DNA of 64,000 bases from Callorhinchus milii. Taxonomy: Eukaryota. The DNA lies in NCBI RefSeq assembly GCF_018977255.1, contig NW_024704743.1:88538001-88602000 (forward strand). The letters run 5' to 3'. This document shows positions 26,423 through 39,060 of the stretch, piece after piece. Under the pieces are notes generated by a model. That model did not search any database. It saw only the letters and a list, made by a program, of their open reading frames with translations, and had not been told where the DNA came from. Numbering within the stretch: position 1 is the first letter of the stretch; every line of letters begins with the position of its first letter. The translations under genes and the position numbers were made by a program.

Positions 26423-27858
26423 ACAGAATTTTCTAAAAGGGCTGTTCTCTCCTTGACAGGCAGTGATAACTGGTGTAACAACAACAACTACTACTTGCAT
26501 TTATACAGCACCCTTCACGCGGGGTAGCGTCCCAGAGCGCTTTCTGATGTACACCAATAATCAATGCTCTTTACCCTGTATATGAATAATTTGGACACAA
26601 GACACTTTTACACTTTTTAAAATGTTGGTGTTCTTATCATTTGTGTGTATAGGAATCTACAGCACAATGGAAGTGATGTCAGTGGTGTTTCCCTTACACA
26701 GCGCATATGTGCAACATGCAGTCAGTAATGTTGATAGTGACCTGATGATCTGGAGGCCAATGGACTGGCAGCCAGTCTTAATGTGCCCCATGATAATACA
26801 GAGTTTTCACTTTTGATATAGTGGCTTTCACATTAGTATGACCTCTCAAATAATACACTGTAAAGTGTCTGAGGTGTTTTTGCAGGCAAACACGGCAGCC
26901 AATTTTTCTAATTCTCCTACTCTCCTTTGATGGAGCACCATAGGCTGTGTGGCTGTTGAATGCTTGCCTTGCCCTTTGATATAGGCAGACTTCCTGCAAA
27001 GCTCTAGACATTCAATTCAGCAAAAACCTTGAAAAGCTTTGTGAGCTGCTAGGATGAAGATCCTTTGGGTAATGCCTCAGGCTCAATGGCTTGTGTAACA
27101 TTACTTTGTCTGTTGCAAATGCATTCATCTTGGCAGCTTCTTTGGCTACACTGAGCCAAATACTTGATCTTTGAGTCTTTTAAATTGTTTATTACTTGAT
27201 TTTTTGTTCTATTTCACAATATATTATTGGTTTCCCAGAGAATTTTATTTACTCAAACATATATTATGTGGATTCCTTAAATATACCAATATTTTATTTA
27301 AAAAAGAAAACATGATTTTGGGTTCATTTAATAAATAATCTGAAACAAAATCAAAGTCATTCCATTCAGCAGTATGTGGAAGGCAATACTTTATCCTGAA
27401 TCAAAATCTATCTGGAATGCGAGATCTCTGACCTATACTTAACACAATAGTGTTATCTGTCAAAGTCTGGATCAATTACACACTGTCTGGCCCATTTCCT
27501 GATTTTTTTAAATAAGTGAATTAGAAATCAAAGACTGAGATTAACAGTTGTATTTATCTCTTGAGGGCTCACTTACTGCAATTATGTGCAGCAAACCACT
27601 ATTGTTTAACCCTATTTAGTGCTGAAGTATTTTGCAGAACAATTTATGTCTGGAAATCCACAAAAGGATAGCTTCAAAAATACAGACTTTCATAATGTTA
27701 GATGCTGAAAATTGCAGCTCTTCTGCAGTCGAGAAGCCTGCTTTGAACACAATTGCTCTCATTTATCACAATGAAAGCTTCTGCCAGCATATTTGACTCA
27801 AGGCAGAGAAATTAAAGTGTTAGATTATCTAAGGAACACAGTGATTCAGGACACTGTA

Positions 27859-27859
27859 C

Positions 27860-27894
<35 letters not shown>

Positions 27895-28090
27895 CCTTGC
27901 ATTTGATATAGCGCTTTTCACGTCGGGAGGATGTCCCAAAGCGCTTCACAGAACACACTGTAAAGTGAATTGACTGTATATTTGGGGGCGAACGCGGCAG
28001 CCAATTGCGCACAGCAATGTCCCACAAACAGTCACAGATTGAAAATGACCAATTTATTATTGTTTTTGGTTTTGGAGGGATTATTATTTA
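27859..28090 (-). mobile_element. 5'-truncated young SINE with an expanded (ATT)n tail
   Basis: Body matches the SINE family. A (TAA)n run lies at 27859-27894. Confidence 0.88.
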
Positions 28091-29937
28091 AAGTCTTGGT
28101 CAGGAATATGAATACATGAAGCTAATGCAAGGTTTCATCACCCTCTTTTATCTTTTTATTAACAATAAACATTTGTGTAATTAATGAACACATTGCATAT
28201 TACAAGAATGCAAAGGATCATAACCCCGCTCATAGCCCTTCAGACCTCAACAATATACCATATGCATATTGATTCTGATTACTAATGTACACCAGAAACA
28301 GATGCTGGTCATGCCCAACTTAGTTGGTCGCACACTCGCCTCTGAGTCAGGAGTTTCTAGATTCAAGCCCCACTTAGGGACTTTGAGCTAATAATTTACG
28401 ATGACACTCCAATGCAATGCTGAGGAATTGTTGGAGGTATATTCCTTTCGAACGCCAATTGAGAGAGATGTACAGATATAGTAGTAGAGATATTAGATAT
28501 GACAAAAGAGGCATTGGGAATAAAGATCTATGAAGAGTTAATAAATTTGAGATTGAATGTTTTCCCAGATCCCTCTCAATCTTATATTTTAAGACATGGT
28601 TTTAAGACTAAGAATATAAAAAAGTGGATCTCCTAATTGCTGTTCTGAACTTTTAAGTAATTTAAATTGAATTAAAAGTGCATCTTTAAACTTGATGTGA
28701 AATGTTTTATTCAAAAATGTAATTTTATTAAAGTAAAGTAAATGTTGGTAATAGAGTTTAACCAATTTTCAGTTACCATCCTCTGAACATTAAGAGTAGC
28801 TTAAAGTTTCTTCAAAACCAGCCATACTCACTTAGGATTAATAATACTCTGCAATAGAAAGCATGGAAACAGACCATTTAGCTGAACTGGTTTGTGTCAT
28901 GTTTATACTCCGTATGAGCTTCCACCTCTCCTATTCTCTTATCCTATATCCCGCTATTTCCTTCTTCCTCATTTTCAACAAGTTTTGTTTTAAATAAATT
29001 GAAATGATTCAGTAGGTTTATATTATTTCTGACTACTTTGACTGAAATGGTCTGCTTGTTTCCCATTCTGTTCTGATTATCATCCTCAGTCACTTTATGT
29101 TTTGCTTTGAGACAATCCTCTGTTCAGGCACTGACATTACCATTACATTATCATTATCAATTCAGTGGATTAGCAAAATCATCGTCTCCCTGGCTGGTAA
29201 TACTTTGCCATAAATAATGGTAAGCATGAATGATTTATCTATTGGCACAAACTACCAATGTTATATCCCCTTTACACATGACTGCATTTTGTCAAAACTA
29301 TGAATCATAAAGTTCTTAGTTCTTTTGTGTTTATTTTCAGATGTATAATTTAAAACCCAGTATGCAGTGTCTATAATAATCTTTGCATTTGGTATAATAT
29401 TTGTCAAAACATCTCAAAGTACTTTCACAGTAAAGTGTAGTGACTGTATATTTGCGGACAAACATGGCAGCCAATTTGCACTCAGTAATATAATAATAAT
29501 CCTTGCATTTGATATAGCGCTATATCTTCAAAACGTCTCAAAGCGCTTTACAGAATATACTGTAAAGTGAATTGACTGTATTTTATAGGCGAGTATTCCA
29601 CAATCCCAATATTCCACAAACTGCCATAAAGAGAATAGACAATTTTATCAAGAGGATTGGATAAACTCCCTTCTTTTTTTGAATAGCGCCACGGGAACTT
29701 TAATGTCCATCTCAACAGATGGAAATGATTTTGGTTCAACAAATCCTCCAACATGCATTGGAGTATAGCCTACTACAGCCTACAAAGTCCCCAAATGAGG
29801 TTTGAACCCACCGCCTTCTGACTCAGAAACAAGAGTGCTACCAACTGAGACTGGCTAGCACCTAGTATTCTCTTACAAAATAGTCATTAAACTTTATAGT
29901 AATGCATGTGAAGTTCTTTGAGCTGTCCTTATATCCA

Positions 29938-30257
29938 GTGGAGTCCTGTAGCTCAGTGGTTAGAGCACTCGCTTTGCAAGCGAGAGACCTGGGTTCAATT
30001 CCAGGCAGGGCGAAACCTTGGGCAAGTTTCCTTACTCCACACGCCTAATAATAATCCCTCCAAAAACAATAATAAATTGGTCATTATTAATCTACGACTG
30101 TTTGTGGGACATTCCTGTGCGCAATTGGCTGCCGCGTTCGCCCACAAATATACAGTCAATTCACTTTACAGTGTGTTCTGTGAAGCGCTTTGGGACGTCC
30201 TCCTGACGTGAAAAGCGCTATATCAAATGCAAGGATTATTATTATTATTATTATTAT
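29938..30257 (+). mobile_element. Full-length young tRNA-derived SINE (tRNA head, partial Deu-like body, L2-type tail)
   Basis: Pol III A box TAGCTCAGTGG, B box GGTTCAATTCC, 3' stem-loop at 30185-30218, (ATT)n tail, and TATCCA target-site duplication at 29932-29937 and 30255-30260. Confidence 0.93.
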
Positions 30258-31309
30258 CCAATCCCCAGGTAAGGTGCAAACCCCTGACCGTCGGCCACCT
30301 TGGAACATCTTAATGACGTTAAAGGAACTATGTAATTACAATTTGTTGTTGTTGTTGAAAGGCAAATATTTTTTCCTCTCTGTGGCTAGCAGAAAATAAG
30401 GAATGGAGTAAGAGCAATAAAACACACTGCATGGATTGGAATTTAGAGATTCATTCCCATGACCCTGAATAAAATATAATGCTTAGTTCTGTAGTGCCAC
30501 TATCATCTATTAATGATTAATCACTTGCCTTTGATCCCATCCATCTACTTTAATAGAAAACTAGTAATCATTTTTCTGTACATGGTCAGGGTCAACAGTG
30601 GCTACGTTAACAGTATCTGAAGTTTATGACTATTATTTTCTTGCATCTGTGCTTTGTAAAAGTGGTGATAATTTGACATTTTACATCAAAGTGGCACACA
30701 AGACTTCTAAAGCTCGAAAAACGTGCAATCTTGACAAGCAGGCAGTCATTGATCAATAACAATGATTACATCTCTTTGGTGTCTGAGTCAAGAGTGCTCG
30801 GTGCTGCTGCCTTCTGAAAAGGAAGTTGAAACTCTTCCCTTCTCCCCTTTCCCAAACCACTCAATATTCAGAAGCAGTTCATAATGATTGGTAATTAGTG
30901 TCTTCTTGTGTGTTGTTAGTCATGAAATGGTGAAAAGTGCAACTTGTGATGTTGACACTGCTGATAATGAACACATTGAAAAATGGTCAGTCTGTCACTA
31001 AAGACATGGACTAGTCTATGGCCTTGCCTCCCCCACCCCACCCCACCTACACACTGGTTGGAACAAAGGCAGTCTACAGTGTGCAGGATTGTACTTGCTG
31101 ACACTGGAGTCAAGTTGGCAGCATACAATACAAAATTACATTTGTACAGTGCCTTTCACGTCAGGAAGACATCCCAAGGCACTGGACAGTCAGGGATTTG
31201 CATACTCTCTTACCTCAATACAAACAATCAAGATACGGCTGGTATCCCGCAATATGACAATTGTGAGTTGGCTTTAAGGCCCAACCATTCTGTTGGTTAA
31301 TAATTAATT

Positions 31310-31497
31310 AATTTTGAACGGATTATTGTTCCTGTAAAGCGATTCGACAATCGACTAACAACCGGCTTTCTACTTACTTCTAGGTAAACAGAGGCATGTG
31401 GAGTTAGGAGACTTCCCCAACATTTCGCCCTGTCCGAGAATTGAACCCAATTCTTCTTGCTTGCGAGTGAGCGCACTAACCACTGAGCTACAGCACT
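31310..31497 (-). mobile_element. 5' half of a long-form tRNA SINE
   Basis: tRNA-like head and the ctctgtttacctag segment. Confidence 0.8.
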
Positions 31498-31500
31498 GGA

Positions 31501-32176
31501 CTTTTAGATCCCCTAGTCACTATCTTATATTTGTGTCCCTCGGTTACAGACTCCTAGACAAATGGGAATAGCTTATTAATGCTAACCTTATCAAATCTTT
31601 TTTGCAATTTGGGACTGTCCATGAGCTTGAGCACATTTTGCAACATTGTTAAAGCACGGGGTTGCAGTTTTCTACCACCATGATTCAGAAACAGGGAGGT
31701 ATATGCCAAAGTGACTTTTAAATGTTAACTGTTCACATGAACAGTTGGAAAGAAATAATTAACAAGGGTTTTTAAATAGTGCACTTCTGTTTGAAAACTA
31801 ATGTTACAGACTCTTTCGGGTATCACATTATATAAAAAAAACACTGAATATTAAGCAGCCTCTACATACCAGTACAATAGATATTATAACAATACTCCTT
31901 GCATTTGATATCAGAAGGACATCTCAATAAATTTGGATTCAGTAAAGTGTAGGTTTATTCGGATGATATCAGGACTGGCAGATTACCCCTATCAGTGTAG
32001 ATTGGATAGGTTCGGTATTTTTGCCAGAGAAGAGACATTTAAGAGGGAATCTAATAGAGATGTATAAAATTGCAAAAAGGATTTGATAAGGTTAGCATTA
32101 ATAAGCTATTCCCATTTGTCTAGGAATCTGTAACCGAGGGTCACAAGTATAAGATAGTGACTAGGGGATCTAAAAG
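31501..32176. repeat. 110-bp inverted repeat (31501-31610 / 32067-32176)
   Basis: Hand alignment gives 106/110 identity with a 456-bp spacer. Confidence 0.92.
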
Positions 32177-32410
32177 AGAATTTAGGAGTATATACTTCAC
32201 TCAGAGAGTAGTGAGATTGTGGAACTTGCTGCATAAAGTGATAGTTGAAGCAAATAGTGTTTATGCATTTAAGAGAAGCTAGATATACCATGAGGGAGAG
32301 GAGGAATAGAAGAGTATAGGAGGGAGTAATGAGTAGGTGGAGACTCAAATGGCGTATAAACACCACCACTAATTGGTGGGGCTGTTTTGACCCCATACAG
32401 TCTATGTAAA
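31920..32410 (+). mobile_element. Old CR1 3' fragment
   Basis: LRGNLIEMYKIAKRI and FTQRVVRLWNLL-like codons, followed by a 3' UTR. Confidence 0.8.
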
Positions 32411-35400
32411 TGTAAGGGCTACTTTTCAGAATGAAGTCTCATAAAAAGAATAATATTAAGTACCAAAGCAGATGGTGCCATAGGGTGAAACATGTCTTTC
32501 AGAATTTCATCACAAGAGTTGCCATTATATGAAGCCATTCATTTTGCCCTTTATATAAGGTATGATTTGAGTCTGTGGCCTTTTTAATTTTTTGATCTAT
32601 GAATTGCCTTATCATGGTAATTGCTTTTGTGTAAGTTATTACAACTTTAAAAAAATTGGAATTTTAAATTTCATAACAACAACAAATGACAGTTGTATAG
32701 AGCCTTTCATATCAGGAGGTTGTCCCAATGATATAGTGGTGAGCATCTGGATAAACTCTGATTCTCTGAACGTGAATTGGATTTGAGGATTGAAATCTCC
32801 AAAGTTGTGCATGAGTTTTAGGAACCTCTACTGAACCACAGAATTACAAGGAATTGCATAGAATGTAAGGCATGGAAACAGATCATTCAACTTAACTAAT
32901 CATTGCCAGTGTTGGTATTCCACATGATCCTTGACCCCTCCTATTCCCCTTCCCAATACCCTCTATTCCCTTCTCCTTCACTTATGCATCAAGTTCATCT
33001 TAAATACACTAAATACTTTTGGTGTTAAGCATAGCTTTCAGCATTGAGCTTTACATTTTCACCACCCTCTGTGTGAAGAAGTTCCTCCCAAATTCCCCAT
33101 TTATTTCTAAACCATCTTCTATCTTGAAAACTAAAGGCTCTCAACCTAACAAGACATTGGAATTTGTTTCTCTCCCTGTTGTCTAAAATATTTCAATCTC
33201 AACTGATCTGAACTAAGACCATCTTAACTACCCCTGAAGCAATGTGACTTGGCATGACTCAGATACCCAGATTGGTACGGTATTTGTGATTCAGCTCTCA
33301 TACCTGTATATTTTGAGCTTAAGACCTGCTATATATACATACATAGAGAGGTAGTACAGCCTATACATACAGCATGTCACATTTAGATGTGTAGTAAGGG
33401 AATGTGCAATGCCAAGTATTATCACCCTTTGGTTGAAGCTCCAACTGTGCATAATAAGTGGGTTGGGATATTTAAAAGAAATAATCGCGCACACAAAAAC
33501 TAAACAAAAAAAATCCATCTCCAGTTTTTATGTGATTTTTTTTATCTAACATTGGAGGAGATAAGGCTATGGTAATGTTTTCACATTTCTAGTAGTTTAA
33601 TTTGGCAGGAAATTTAAACAAACTGTTTTGGAAATGAATTCACTCAGTCTCATAAAAATATATATTTTTTTCCATGAAATAAGGTGTTAATTTCCATGAA
33701 ATAAGGTGTTTCCATGAAATAAGGTGCCTGTTGAAAAATAACAGAAAATAAATGGTACTATAGTTTGGGGCTTTTGTACAGTTATTATTTTAGAAGACCA
33801 TCTGTTATAGTCCTTGAATGTTAAACTGCTAGCATTTGATATAACAATAATTTGATATGGAGCCAATAACATTGAGAACTTCACGTTGTTGTAAAGTGTA
33901 GTGACTATATATTTGTAGATCAATGTGGCAGCTAAATTGTTCTCAGCAATGTTCCACAAACAGCCATGAAGTGAATGAACAATTATACCAAAAACACAGT
34001 CAATCCACTTTACAGTATATCATCTGAAGCTCTTTGAGATGTCTCAATGACATGATAAGGCTCTATAGCAAATGCAAGGGGATTGTTGGCCAGGATACTG
34101 GAAGAAACTCCCTTATCTCTTTGAATAATACCATAGGATGATTAATGTCCACTTGAACACACTGAAGGAACATCAATTATTGTGTCATCCAAGTATTTCT
34201 GACAACACAGCATTTCCCCAGCACTGTAATGGAACATCATTCGAGACTGTCAGTTCAAAGTTGCATGGAAGGGAGGGAAAATAAATTAAAAGATAAATAA
34301 AAACAAATTCCAAAAGTGCTGATGAATTCTCCCATTTCATAATTCCTTGCTGGAAGGAATTGCTTCCAGAGACATTCTCCTAACTCTGCGTGTGCTCTTA
34401 TGAGCTGAAAGGTCACTTGATATTGTGACTTTTGTTTATGTCTGGCTGAATCCGATTCTTCATGTTACCCGGAGACAATCTTTAAAATGTCAAATATATA
34501 TATATATATAGAGAGAGAGAGAGCAATAAATAAATAATGAAAGTTAGTATAACTATTTTTTTTTGGTCTGACACATGCAGAAACCCAAAATCATGCTTAA
34601 GAGTATCCAAACCAAGCTGAGCTTTCCATGCACCCCATCTAAACATGGAAATCCCAGAGATAGATTGTTGGAATTGAATGCACACTCTCTCCCTAGACGG
34701 ACACATCCTGCTTACCTAATTCCAGAAAGTATTAGGCACAGGTTGGCAAGAGCCAAGGTTTGGGGACCCCAGAGTGTGTGATGGGGTACTGCTGGAGTCT
34801 AACCAGCTAAAATGCATAGCTTGCTATCAATATTGCTGTCTGGAAAGCTTTCCTGCTACTCGTCCAGCTAGGACCACCCTGTGCGTTAAGGCTTTGGCTT
34901 GCAAGGTTAACAAGAGCTGAATGGGATGATTCCCTGATCCCAGTGACTGGTTTGCCCCACCAGTTCCTGCCGATGAGACAGGCTGGATGTGCTTTTATCA
35001 GCAATGCCCCGAAATACTGCAGACCCACCTTGGCCCAGTTCAGCTCCAAAGAGACCCTGTTTACCTCCCCCTCAAAGTGCTTCACAGGGCTGTATGGATA
35101 CCCGAGCTGAGGTGGGAGTTGGGGGGAGGGGAAAGATGTATGTTTAAGGCGGTCAAAAATGTATGTTTTGAGATGTTCCTTGAAAGCGGGAAAGGAGAGA
35201 GTCAGAGACTTTGGGATGGAACAAGCAGAATGGCTGAAAGCTCACCCATCATTTTGTTATCTACTCCTGCACCATATCTTTTTACCTTTTGATAGCATGC
35301 TATCTCTTGCTTGAGGTCTCGGCAGACTTCCTGCAAGTCAGTATGATGCATTTCTAGTTTCTGAAAGAGGTTGTTATTGCATATCCAGATAATGAATACT

Positions 35401-35743
35401 GAACCATGTTTTCGACCCCCACACCTGGTTCCATGGTTACACAGAGTTACATATAGCGCATGGAAACAGGCCATTCGGTACAACCAGTCTGTGCCAGTGT
35501 TTGTATTCCACACAAGCCCCCACCCCTCCTATATCCCTCACCTATACACCTCTGTTCCCTTTTCGATCATGTTTCACTGTTTTCTCTTTCTAACTAGTGG
35601 TCAACAGTATCACAGTCAGGTCTCTGTGGTAAAACATGTGCGTTTTTTAAGTGTTCAATGTGATAAGTAACAGTGGTGAAAACTATTGTTAGTCTTAATT
35701 TACACTACATCAGGGGTAATTAAAACAAATTTAACGCTAAAGA

Positions 35744-35758
35744 GCCACTAGGTGGCAG
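35744..35758 (+). promoter_or_regulatory. Candidate CTCF site
   Basis: GCCACTAGGTGGCAG closely matches the vertebrate CTCF core and lies outside obvious repeats. Confidence 0.5.
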
Positions 35759-36457
35759 AACACCCCTCCTGCAAAAAGATCTCTCCCAGAGTTCACACAT
35801 CCATTGACCGCTATCTTGAAATTTTAAATGGTAGCATCTGGGGATGGTTTTAAGTTATTTATTATTAATATTATTGTCAGTTATGATCTGCTGAGGAGGG
35901 GGTGAAGTTTGCCCTCTCCCTTGAGCACAAAGATTTTATTACCATTAGAGGCTGAGTACTGATGGAGCTCATCATTGTAAGAGATGCCATCCTTTGGATG
36001 AGACGTCAAGCCAAAGTCCTGTCTATTAATCTGGATCTCATTAAAGACAATTCGGATATTAAAGATCTCAGAACACAATTCAAAAGGAGAAAGCACTGAC
36101 ATTTTCACTACAGTCAATCTTCACATTGAATATTTAAAAAATCCCACATGTTTTATCCTACTGTCTGGCCAGGATACAGTCAGCAATAATATTGTGACTG
36201 CAGAGCAATTAGCGAAAATGACCAACAAGGTCTGAACCCTGAAAAAACCTTAAATACCACTGGTTCTCTTCTGTAAAAATAAATACATGTTTTGCAATAC
36301 ATTGCTTCTTAAATAGTGATTCGTAGCACAGAGTTAATATTACAGTGGTTGAGCAACATCTTCCATTTGAACAGCTGTGTTCCTGCAAAATTAGCTTTTG
36401 TGTCAGCATCACAATATGTAAGATATTAAAAACAATGATAATCCTTGTATGATGTAC

Positions 36458-36830
36458 AGGTGTCAGCCTGGCACAGTGGTAGCACGCTTGCCTCTGATTC
36501 AGAAGGTTGTGGGTTCAAGTCCCAGATCAGGACTTGGAATCACATAATCTAACCTGACATTGAAATGCAGTGCTGAGAGGATATTGCACTGTTGGAGATG
36601 TATCCTTCAGATGAGTCTTTAAACCGAAGTCCTGTCTGCCTGTTCAAGTAGATGTTAAAGATCCCATGGCACTATTCTAATAGAGAGGGGAGTTTCTCCA
36701 GTGTCCTGGCCAACAATCCCCCAAATAAAATTTGTCTCTCACTCCATGGCTGTTTGTGGGACATTGCTGTATGGAATTGTCTGCCGTGTTTCACCCACAA
36801 AATACACAATCAATCCACTTTACAGTTAAC
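36458..36830 (+). mobile_element. Near full-length old DeuSINE (SacSINE1/AmnSINE-like)
   Basis: tRNA-like head (tggtagcacgcttgcctctga...gggttcaagtccc) and Deu-type core (gatgttaaagatcccatggcactatt...gtgtcctggccaac). Confidence 0.8.
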
Positions 36831-37274
36831 CCTAACCCTTTCCAGCTGTTACTGTTTTATAATAAATTTCCAATTCTGCCAAAGTGCTCTGACTCTATTG
36901 ATCACAAACCATTTAGAAACCATTTTGATTTATTTAGTGTGAAAGGCATAAATTACCAATTTGAACTTTGTGTAGTCCTCCACTGGAAAACATTTTAGCA
37001 TTCTATTAATGTTTTAAGCTCAGAAGTGTTCTGTAATATCCATGAGAGGCTTTTAAAAAAAACATTGTTTTCAAGTACATGTCAATGGTATGCTCTTGGC
37101 TGTGTGATTTTACAGAGCTGCCTGAATAAATCAAATATGCTTCAAGGATCAAAATATAGATAGAAGATTTGGAGTGTTGATATAAAATAAAACTGCAATT
37201 TATCTATTGGCTGAAAGGTCCAAATGCAACAACTGTTGATTTGCTGCATTTGGACCTTGAGTGGGCATCAGTTC

Positions 37275-37297
37275 ATATATATATATATATATATATA
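37275..37297. repeat. (AT)n microsatellite
   Basis: Read directly from the sequence. Confidence 0.9.
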
Positions 37298-37384
37298 AAT
37301 AGAATGAAATATTCATCCTGTGGTTGTGTTATATTAAACCCATGTAAGCAGCATAGTATTGCATGCTGAAGCGCTCATGTAACG

Positions 37385-37698
37385 TAATAATAATCCTTGC
37401 ATTTTGATATAGTGCTTTTCACATCTTCTAGATGTTTCAAAGCGCTTCACAGAATATACTGTAAAGTGAATTGACTGTATATTTGTGGACGAAACACGGC
37501 AGGCAACTGCGCGCAGCAGTGTCCCACAAACAGTTGTGTATTGAAATGACCAATTTATTATTGTTTTTTTTTCTTGAGGGATTATTATCAGGTATGTGGA
37601 GTTAGGAAACTTGCCCAAGGTTTTGCCCTGCTGGGAATCGAACCTAGGCCTCTCGCTTGCGAGGCGAGTGCTCTAACCACTGAGCTATGGGACTCCAC
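37385..37698 (-). mobile_element. Full-length tRNA SINE, short form
   Basis: Matches the 29938-30257 family. Confidence 0.9.
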
Positions 37699-38769
37699 CT
37701 GTACAGGACTGTGATAATTAATTAACGGGTATAAGATGCACTTATCTTTTATGGATGCCAACAATTAAAATGCAATAACAACAACAACAACTTGCATTTA
37801 TTTAACACCCTTCATGCAGATAGCATCTCGCGGTACTTAACAGCGACGTGGCTGGATGCCAAGTCTTAAAGCTACTGTGAAGGACTTTACAGTAAAATCC
37901 TGTGAAGTGCTTTGGGATGTCCTCCTAACTAACAATTGCAATGATTATTACTATTAAACTGTGAGCTCAAAGTCCCAACAAGGGAGTTAAATCTTGTTTC
38001 TTATACACATTAATGATCTGGATTCACGGATCCAGTGTAAGGTAGTTAGATAAAAGTGGTTTACAAATCTAATTTGCAGATGACACCACTTTGAGTGGAC
38101 CTGTGGAGGTCTTACAGAGAGAGCTTGATAGGGTATGTACATGGACTGAGAATGGCACATATGAAGTTGAATACAGATAAATGCAAGGTGCTGAATATAA
38201 CATCTTCTGAACCTACTGTCAAGAGAGCTATGAACTAATCCAGGATGACACCTGATATCTTCAGCAAACTACCTATATTTTCACAAGATTTGGAGCAGGC
38301 ATTATTTGGAATAATTTTGCTTGAATAATTACCATAACTATAACTTCAAAACTACCCATAATATGTTGCCATCTCAAGAAACATACATGTATCAATTAAA
38401 CAGACTAAATAAAATAGTTTTTCTTATTTACAATGATCTCCTGGGAGTACATTATATTGTCAAATGATTTATTCCTCAGGCATTGTACATTGAGAATATA
38501 TTAAGCATATATTCTTAATTTTGGCACTACATGTAGTATATGTCACAGATGTACCAGATTGTGGGTATGAATTGTTTTGTTTAATTTCTAATTTAAAAAT
38601 GCATTTTACATTTTTCGTGTCTGCAATTCTCTTCTACTCACAGCAGCAGCTTGGATGTGAAACTAAGAGACAGGCTGTGAAACAGAGAGTTTATTGTTTC
38701 TCATTTAAGTCTCTTTCTTATTTTTCCACTTGGTAATTCTTTCCCCTCTCAAAAAAAATACATATTCTT

Positions 38770-39060
38770 ATCAGCCTCGCTCAGTTAGTGCGCTCTTGCC
38801 TTTGAATCAAAAGGTTCTAGGTTCAAGCTTCACATCATGTCTTTGAGCTCATAATCTAGGCTGACACAGATGCTGGGGGAGTGCTGCATTATCAGAGGTG
38901 TGGTCCTTTGGATGAGATGATCCTATTTGCCTGTTCAGTTGGAAAAAAAAAATCCCATGGCACTATTCAAAAAGTGAAAGGAGTTTCTAGTGGTATCCTG
39001 GCCAAGAATCCTCCACATAAAATTGTTCACTCACTTTTTGGTTGTTTGTGGGCAAAAGTA
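38770..39060 (+). mobile_element. Old DeuSINE
   Basis: Similar to 36458-36830. Confidence 0.72.

Noticed and set aside
26984..26999. 16-bp exact match (ggcagacttcctgcaa) to the candidate exon at 35321-35336
   Set aside because: About one such match is plausible by chance in 64 kb, and the similarity does not extend.
29938..30012. tRNA gene (Ala-like, A and B boxes)
   Set aside because: It is the head of a multi-copy SINE that continues into a body, an L2-type tail and a TSD.
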